From Candidatus Hermodarchaeota archaeon (GTDB taxonomy: Archaea > Asgardarchaeota > Hermodarchaeia > Hermodarchaeales > Hermodarchaeaceae), in contig JAEOTB010000006.1 of NCBI GenBank assembly GCA_016840065.1, forward strand, positions 1 to 42,576: a stretch of DNA of 42,576 nucleotides, written 5' to 3'. A program made the position numbers and the translations under genes. This document shows, one piece after another, positions 35,904-42,576 of the stretch; within the stretch, counting starts at the first letter, position 1, and each line of letters opens with the position of its first letter. The notes beneath the pieces are model-generated. The model had not been told where the DNA came from, did no database searches, and was given only the letters and a program-made list of their open reading frames with translations.

Positions 35904-38900
35904 TTACTCGGCCTCCTCTGAGGATTCCTCTGAATCACTAGAGCTAGTTGCAGATTCTTCATCCCTTTCACTAACGAGATCCAGTAGTGTGCTATCTGGT
36001 GTTTGTTGGGAGCTGGTCACTCCTCCACCCGCAACAAGAGACCCCGCTATCTCGTTTGCTGTTCGCTGAAACCTGATGAAAAGAAATATCCCAGCACAGA
36101 GGCCACCTATCATTAGGCCTAGGGATGCGAGGGTTAGAAGTGGTGATGGTATACCGATAGGGTTGTCTAGCCCTCGAACTACAAATGTGGATGAATCAGT
36201 GGATGGAGCGAAGCCGATATCTCCCGAGTATTGAGCAACCAAATTGTAGTAGCCAGGCGATGGAGTAGTCATTGCCCAGTTAAGTAGTCCAGAGGCCTCG
36301 GTTGATGAGGTCATTTCTAAGAGCAGGGATCCATTTGCGCTAAACAGCTGGAATGTGATTTGTCCCGAGAAACCATAACTACTACTTCCGTTTTCATAAG
36401 AAAGTAGGACTTCAACAGATATGGTGGGTGTGGCGATTAGATTGGTGACTTCAGTTGGGCTGATGGTAAGGTTAACACTCGAGGAATAGACGCGCAGGGT
36501 TTTGACGATAACCGTGTCAGAGCTAGTTGTGTATATGTCAGGATCATCGCGCTGACCAAAGAGGATGGCAAGGAGGTGTTCTCCCGGAGATTCAGTATAT
36601 GATATTACAATCTGGACGAGTCCAATACCTTCGAGAACAGGAAAGTCCAGTTCCCAGACACCATCCCAGTATAAGCTGGCAGTACCATTTACTGATGTAA
36701 TATCTCCTGCAGTTATTACCAATGCAATATTCATTGACTCGCCAAGATAGATCGTTGTTGTGCATTGAGTGATTGTGGTTGTTGTTACCTCCTTCACTAG
36801 AAGTATGGAATCTGTCGAAATCGATTCTTCGTAAACGCTAGTTTCTGCCACCTTGACATGGAAGTAACGGTATCCTAAGGGCGCTGTTGTGCTCCAGGAA
36901 TAGTTGGCTTCACCGTTAGCATCTGTGTAAGCTGAATATAGCAGATCTTCTCCTTCAAAGAAGCTGACCAGTAGCTCAGACAGTAGGGAGCCATTATAGG
37001 TATCAGAGATAGTCACTTTGATTTCACTCTCATTCCCTACAAATGCTTCAGCGGAGGAAATCCATTCCAATGAGCAGGTGAGGGGTCGCCGTGAAATGGT
37101 TACGATGCTAAGGTCGTTGCAGCTTTCGTACTGATTTTGTCCTGCGAAATAATACTCAAGAATCCATTGTCCAGCCTCGTCTGGAGTCCAAGTACAAGAT
37201 ATTAGTCCACTAGTATTTGTGATACAATTCAGGGTAATCACAGGTTCGAGGGAGCTGGGTGAAGTAATATTAACTTCAACAGGGAATCCCGCGAGCCCCG
37301 TCGCGTTCTCGTCTTCAAGGCGTATGTCAATGGTCGTTGGCTCAAGAACTATCGGAAGGGTTGGCTTTGCTGCCACCATGTCGAGGGCAGAGCTGAAGGT
37401 CACTACATCTACATCCTCAATGATTTGATATCCAATACAATAGGGGGATGATACGTTCACTCGAATTTGATATGACCCAGGATTCAATCCTTCGGTAAGG
37501 ACTTGGCCAATATAATATCCTCCACCCTGGTGAATCGTTGGATAGGTGAGAGAATTGTTCTCATTTGTCAACTCCACGGTAGCCAATGGAAAGCTCCCTT
37601 CGGGACCACTGGCTCCTATTACTGATGCATGAACTGTTACCTCCAAGGGGACGCTCCGAGGAACAGTAAGCCCGGGTGAATAGCTAGCTGTGGCGGTAAG
37701 GCTACCCCAAACCTCGCAAGTGTCTACTAGTACTTCTATTCCAGGCAGGTAGGTTGGAGATCTCACAATGAGGGTTAGGTCTTGCGGTCCAATCGCTGCA
37801 CCGGAAAATGGCACGGTAAAGGTAATGTTCCATTGTCCCAGAGGACTAGTTCCAGTGAAGGGTGTGTAGGCCTCGCCGAAAATTAAAGCGGATATTGTGA
37901 AAGATTCAGGAATAAGACCCCACTTTGTTTCATTAACAGTTACAGATATTTCCACCTGGTCGTCGCCATAAAGAACACCTGTTGGGTAGAGGATTGGGGT
38001 CAAGCTGAGAGTGGGATTTCCGTCAAGCTCGATTAGTAGATTGAGATGAACTGCCATCCGGAGGGCGAGGTCTGTGACATAAGGCATCCATCGACCTTCT
38101 GGCTGTGATGAATCTTGAAAGAGCCCATTATAATCCATACAATCCTCCAGAAGAGTTACGATGCTATCCTTGTCAATAAGGTCCAGGGCTGAGGGGTAAA
38201 GTCCCAGCTTAGTTAAGAGGTATAAGATATCTGTGGCATAGAAGGTTGTGATAATGCTTGAGGGGCTGTCAAGGAAGGATGAAGCATAAACAGCTAGCTT
38301 GATGCCATCAAGTCCTGCACATGTTGGGTCGAGGTAGGAGTAGGCTTTAAGACCAAGCCAGGTTTCAGCAAGATGATCGTCTGCTGCTCGTAGCGGCGCA
38401 GGTAGAGGTACTGTATGGACGATGTCTTGGAAGTATTGGGTTCCACTGGATTCTTGAAGGCAGCTTTGAAGGTACAGGAGAGCAGCAGTAGAATTTAACA
38501 GGTCAGCAGGTTGACCACCTAGCTTTTCATGAGCGATGAGATTCCAACAGGTTCCTTCAAAGCGGAAGGTCAAGTCACTTTCACGACCAACATACAGATG
38601 ATGGAGCCCAAACATACCCCGATAATCCTCAGCTAGAGTTTGACTGGATACGATTTCATTGCGAACTATTTCTAGACGCGTCGACCATAGAGGATCATCC
38701 TCTAAATCCAGTATGTAAACAAGCTCGGAGAATGCATAATGATAGAGGGGTCCGAAGGTGTTGCTTTCAACACCACTTCGATCAGGCGTGTATGCATCAG
38801 AATTCCTGACGACATCTGGAGGCTGCTGGTGCCAGCAAAGGGAGGACCGAACATATAGCCAACAGTTATCGAGGTAGGATAGAAAGGATGTTCTGTTGAT

Positions 38901-40871
38901 AGCAGAGAGTCCACCCGCCTGGTATAGGGCTGAAATAATCTGCCAAGCAGTTAGAAGGTCACCAAAGAATTTGGGTTCAGTTGCGCCACCCCAACCTGTA
39001 GTGCAATTGGATAGATAGTTGACAAGATTAGCGGTTACGCCGCCGAGTCCACCAGTCACAATGAGCCCCTGGACACCATACCATGTCTCATCAGGTGAGT
39101 TATGGAAGTCTTGTGTTGTGTCTCCTCGCCCCCAACCTCCGTTGGGATACTGCTGAGTAAGAAGATAAACACGGCTAGCAGTTGTGTTATAAGATGTCAA
39201 AGAGCCAAGAATCTGAAGTAGTCGAAGTGCACAACTCGTACCAAGTACCAATTCGTCGTTATCAAATATGATACGTGTATCAAAGACATCAGATCCCATC
39301 GGATTCTCACAGTTTTGAATAAAGGTCAGAAGCGCAGGTTGGTTGATGGTGTAAATCGCGCCTAGAATACTTAGTGCTTCGAGGGCATCAAGGCTGCAGG
39401 GGAGATCTGCCATGAACCCAACACCAGGGGAGTCATAGAATCCACCGAATTCTGTATGGGAGGGGTCTAATTCTTGACAGGCAGCAATGAAATCAATAGC
39501 TGCCTCAACATCGATTTTCCCTAGCTGGCCAAGCGCGACTAATGCTTCAACGGCATAACGTGTTGCTTGAATAGTGGTTGTTGTTACTCCTTGTTCAGTA
39601 AAGAAGCCGCCTGATCCTAGATCCTGACATCCTGCTATGTAATCACCTATAGCTGTAACATCAATGCTACCGAGCTGAGCCATGGCAGCTAGGGATAGCA
39701 CTGCCATACTGGTTGTGACACACCTGTCATTTCGCTGAAGACTAGCAAGATCTTCAAAATAGCCCAGAACATCGTAGCATTCGTCTAGGAGCCATGGAGA
39801 AAAGGCTGAAATGTTTACATCCAATCCAAGGGTTACGACCATATCAGCTACATAATAGGTAAACGCAATGGAGGGCTCCAATGGATAGGCAAAACCACCC
39901 GCGCCCTGAACACCCCAATATCCTCCTTCTGCAGGAAGAGGGAGCTGCAATGAGGCAAGCGTGGGTCCCAATCGGCTACCGAGGTTAGTTCTCAACAGCC
40001 AATGGAGCAGATTATCCATTAGTTTACGACCATTACCATCAAGTCTGCTGGCAGTATCTACTCCCCAATAATATATCTGGGGGTTGTCAACAAGAGCGTG
40101 GAACCAAATTAGATGGGCACCCGTGTTTGGATAGTTATGGGCAAGGATGCTACACTGTTCAGGTAGGGCAGAGATGCGATAGGCATCATAATCTACATGA
40201 CCCTCAAAGACGGACATCTGACCGCTGCTTCCTGGGATGACATGAGGGGAAGTAAACACCTGATGTGAAGGAACAGTGGTCCACAACGCACTCTCTCCGC
40301 AGGGATAGAAATCATTAACTGAATCGAAACCCCAAACCTGATCCAATACCTCATGCGCGTATCCCAGAAGTAGTACTGGTTTCCCTCCATCCACGATTGC
40401 TTGGGATTGGCTTGGCGAAGCTACAAAGTTGGGGCCATATTCACCAGTATTGGGTAAGACCACAACTACGTCGATACCTTGTGTTACCGTAAAGTCAGTA
40501 ATATTTGAGGTGATAGTGGAATATCCAAGTTCGTTGAAGAGGTCTTCCCATCCTTCGGTCGGGTCTTGCTCTTGGCTTTCTCCATAAATTAGCAGCAGAT
40601 TACCCAGGGGGATTGATGGGATAGGTGAGTTGTAATTAGTGAAAGATGGGGTAGGTTCTGCAGAAGCGTAGGTTGATGGGATTCCAGGAATTGCTGTTAT
40701 GTCCTTTGCTTGGTAGTCAGAGCTAGTCGGTTCACTCAATATATCTGCTGGAGCTAGCGAAGATTGGAATGCTCCAATGACACTTGGAAGTACTAGTAGG
40801 ACTAAACACCCAAGGACAAGGAAGACGTTCAGTTTTGAGCGTGTGGCTGGGGATTTCATGTTCATCTCCAA
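35904..40871 (-). CDS. Giant surface protein with prenyltransferase/squalene-cyclase repeats and Ig-like stalk
   Basis: Signal peptide; repeated I..CQ....GGF / GGWG motifs with ID......FI spacing; YF.G..Y..S Ig-like repeats; C-terminal TM and acidic tail. Confidence 0.85.
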   Translation of the reverse strand: MEMNMKSPATRSKLNVFLVLGCLVLLVLPSVIGAFQSSLAPADILSEPTSSDYQAKDITAIPGIPSTYASAEPTPSFTNYNSPIPSIPLGNLLLIYGESQEQDPTEGWEDLFNELGYSTITSNITDFTVTQGIDVVVVLPNTGEYGPNFVASPSQSQAIVDGGKPVLLLGYAHEVLDQVWGFDSVNDFYPCGESALWTTVPSHQVFTSPHVIPGSSGQMSVFEGHVDYDAYRISALPEQCSILAHNYPNTGAHLIWFHALVDNPQIYYWGVDTASRLDGNGRKLMDNLLHWLLRTNLGSRLGPTLASLQLPLPAEGGYWGVQGAGGFAYPLEPSIAFTYYVADMVVTLGLDVNISAFSPWLLDECYDVLGYFEDLASLQRNDRCVTTSMAVLSLAAMAQLGSIDVTAIGDYIAGCQDLGSGGFFTEQGVTTTTIQATRYAVEALVALGQLGKIDVEAAIDFIAACQELDPSHTEFGGFYDSPGVGFMADLPCSLDALEALSILGAIYTINQPALLTFIQNCENPMGSDVFDTRIIFDNDELVLGTSCALRLLQILGSLTSYNTTASRVYLLTQQYPNGGWGRGDTTQDFHNSPDETWYGVQGLIVTGGLGGVTANLVNYLSNCTTGWGGATEPKFFGDLLTAWQIISALYQAGGLSAINRTSFLSYLDNCWLYVRSSLCWHQQPPDVVRNSDAYTPDRSGVESNTFGPLYHYAFSELVYILDLEDDPLWSTRLEIVRNEIVSSQTLAEDYRGMFGLHHLYVGRESDLTFRFEGTCWNLIAHEKLGGQPADLLNSTAALLYLQSCLQESSGTQYFQDIVHTVPLPAPLRAADDHLAETWLGLKAYSYLDPTCAGLDGIKLAVYASSFLDSPSSIITTFYATDILYLLTKLGLYPSALDLIDKDSIVTLLEDCMDYNGLFQDSSQPEGRWMPYVTDLALRMAVHLNLLIELDGNPTLSLTPILYPTGVLYGDDQVEISVTVNETKWGLIPESFTISALIFGEAYTPFTGTSPLGQWNITFTVPFSGAAIGPQDLTLIVRSPTYLPGIEVLVDTCEVWGSLTATASYSPGLTVPRSVPLEVTVHASVIGASGPEGSFPLATVELTNENNSLTYPTIHQGGGYYIGQVLTEGLNPGSYQIRVNVSSPYCIGYQIIEDVDVVTFSSALDMVAAKPTLPIVLEPTTIDIRLEDENATGLAGFPVEVNITSPSSLEPVITLNCITNTSGLISCTWTPDEAGQWILEYYFAGQNQYESCNDLSIVTISRRPLTCSLEWISSAEAFVGNESEIKVTISDTYNGSLLSELLVSFFEGEDLLYSAYTDANGEANYSWSTTAPLGYRYFHVKVAETSVYEESISTDSILLVKEVTTTTITQCTTTIYLGESMNIALVITAGDITSVNGTASLYWDGVWELDFPVLEGIGLVQIVISYTESPGEHLLAILFGQRDDPDIYTTSSDTVIVKTLRVYSSSVNLTISPTEVTNLIATPTISVEVLLSYENGSSSYGFSGQITFQLFSANGSLLLEMTSSTEASGLLNWAMTTPSPGYYNLVAQYSGDIGFAPSTDSSTFVVRGLDNPIGIPSPLLTLASLGLMIGGLCAGIFLFIRFQRTANEIAGSLVAGGGVTSSQQTPDSTLLDLVSERDEESATSSSDSEESSEEAE

Positions 40872-40913
40872 ATCGCGGGCGAAATTTGGTTCTTTTAAAT
40901 GGCTTTCGGTGTC

Positions 40914-41717
40914 CTAAAGCCTCAACTGAGGCGACTGTTTGATTCGCCTTCTTCGAAAATTCTGTAGGAGAAGATAAGCCCCAATTGATGCCACAGAGGC
41001 AATGGTTAGGGAAAGAAAAACGGCTCCGTAGGTGAGCCAGAGATGAGTGAACAGACCCTCGTGGGGAAGAGCTGGTGTTGCTGATTGTAATTCAATTTGC
41101 ATTAGGCGTTCAATAACCCCATCCTCTACTAGTTCTGAGTAGGCTGCAACTAGCATACCTGTCCATTGCTCATAATAGAAAGATTCGTGGATACCATTGG
41201 GGTTCTCATTTACTAGCCACCAACAGGTATACCGAGATGTGCCAACGCTCAGAGAGGTTAAATCCATAACCAAGAAAGGATTGCTGCGTACTGGATAGTT
41301 TGTAGCAGGAAGATCTCCATCAATGGGGATTAGATTGCCCACTTGGGTTTCAGGGGCAATCCACCAGGCTGTGTAGGACTCTAGGATTCCATCTTTGTAG
41401 GTTCGATTATTAGTGAAGGCATGAGTTTCTGTGGTGGTTTCCCAAGATTGCCCATTATCCAATGATATATTCCAGTTAATGTAGCCCATTATGGTTTGTG
41501 GGTCTGTGGAAACTAAAGTTACAAGCTGCTTGCCTTGAAATTGGATTGTGGAGTTGTAGGAATGCCGGATTCCGCTGAAGGCATATTCACAGGTAATATC
41601 CTTGTATCCGTTTTGTGTATTCGCTGTAATAGGGTGGATGGAAACAAGAAGAAGAAATACCAGTATTGCGGATGAGGTGAGAATTCTTAGGGTTTTACTG
41701 ACTCGCAAACTTCTCAC
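40914..41717 (-). CDS. Secreted protein with C-terminal membrane anchor
   Basis: Signal peptide, YEQWTGML beta motif, TM followed by RRRR; GTG start overlaps the upstream stop (GTGA). Confidence 0.75.
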   Translation of the reverse strand: MRSLRVSKTLRILTSSAILVFLLLVSIHPITANTQNGYKDITCEYAFSGIRHSYNSTIQFQGKQLVTLVSTDPQTIMGYINWNISLDNGQSWETTTETHAFTNNRTYKDGILESYTAWWIAPETQVGNLIPIDGDLPATNYPVRSNPFLVMDLTSLSVGTSRYTCWWLVNENPNGIHESFYYEQWTGMLVAAYSELVEDGVIERLMQIELQSATPALPHEGLFTHLWLTYGAVFLSLTIASVASIGAYLLLQNFRRRRIKQSPQLRL

Positions 41718-42576
41718 CCCGCAGCTACAATCAGAGTTTTTTGTTTCTCCCGTCTGCTACCTTTGCTTCTACTTCTTTGGCGTGCAGATGATTCTTCTTG
41801 TTGGGGTGTTACTACTTCTGGGGTTTCGGGAGGTGAATCCCCGTTAAGGCTAGGAGCGATTTTAAGGGCACGGATTTGCCGGATATTCGCTAGTAAGTGC
41901 TCGGTTTTAGGTGATTTCAGTACCCGCTCGGTCCCATCAAAGCGAAGACGAATGCTTCCTCGAGAGAGCTGAAGTTCCTCGCTCGCAGATGGATGTCTCG
42001 ATAGATCCACAAATTGAGCAACAAGATAATCTTCATGTTGGAGAGCGGCCTCCATATTTTCAAGCAGGGATTGGTCTTCGGGGAGGTGAACCACTGCTAA
42101 TGCGACTGGAACAAGGGGGGCTAGCTCACGTCTTTGCTGAGCAGCTTCTACATCAACCTCAACAGCTCGTCGTCTGGGGTTCGGAGTTGATGTTGTAGTG
42201 ACCTCTTCAATCACATCATCTGCCTCAACCAGAAGGTCTGGTGAGGGACCAGCATCTACTTGGGGTGTTGATGGATGGGAATCTTCTGGGAGGGGTGAGT
42301 ACTCTGGGTATTGTCTCTCCTCTTCCCTTGTTTGAAGGTGCTCAGTTGTTTCCTGTACTTGGGATTGGGGTTCTAGCTGTGACGGCTCAGGCCTTGGTTG
42401 GGAAGGTTCGGATGATTCTGTTCTTTGGGGAGGAGTACTGGGGAGACGGGGTATGATACGGAAGAACTGTTCCTCCCAGGAGGGGGGAATTGCCTGTAGC
42501 CTAAGAAGCAATGACATGACAAAATTACCTACACTCTTTGCTTCTTCACCGGTCATGGGTTCCTCTTTGGTGGAAA
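41714..42576 (-). CDS. Hypothetical Pro/Glu-rich protein, probably 5'-truncated by the window edge
   Basis: Frame stays open from 42556 to the window end; long low-complexity linkers. Confidence 0.7.
   Translation of the reverse strand, partial: STKEEPMTGEEAKSVGNFVMSLLLRLQAIPPSWEEQFFRIIPRLPSTPPQRTESSEPSQPRPEPSQLEPQSQVQETTEHLQTREEERQYPEYSPLPEDSHPSTPQVDAGPSPDLLVEADDVIEEVTTTSTPNPRRRAVEVDVEAAQQRRELAPLVPVALAVVHLPEDQSLLENMEAALQHEDYLVAQFVDLSRHPSASEELQLSRGSIRLRFDGTERVLKSPKTEHLLANIRQIRALKIAPSLNGDSPPETPEVVTPQQEESSARQRSRSKGSRREKQKTLIVAAG

Overview
Gene-dense archaeal chromosomal segment, most likely from an Asgard archaeon. This rests on BRE/TATA-like promoters, GGTGA/GGAGG ribosome-binding sites, a histone, and several eukaryote-signature-like proteins (roadblock, longin/DENN-like, SNAP-like, MIT-like, LRR). 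I found no rRNA, tRNA, CRISPR array or transposase. The left part holds ordinary metabolic genes (3-hydroxyacyl-CoA dehydrogenase, alpha/beta hydrolase, HAD, DinB, GNAT, MFS, DegT aminotransferase, DUF354), an apparently circularly permuted DUF1566 protein and two paralogous stand-alone 7TM proteins. Most notable elements: (1) a three-gene MoxR AAA+ / unknown protein / HExxH-metallopeptidase-vWA operon; (2) a 17-24 kb neighbourhood of trafficking-like genes that includes two small genes absent from the ORF track, a 59-aa face-to-face-type histone and a 54-aa heptad coiled coil; (3) a double Lrp/AsnC regulator heading an operon with two paralogous Cx8Cx5Cx5C microproteins; (4) an AT-rich duplicated cassette; (5) a MIT-like + PLD(HKD) protein reminiscent of eukaryotic MITD1; (6) two giant membrane-anchored surface proteins (prenyltransferase-repeat and M28 peptidase) that share an internal domain and a promoter motif. 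All family assignments come from motif recognition by eye, not database searches.
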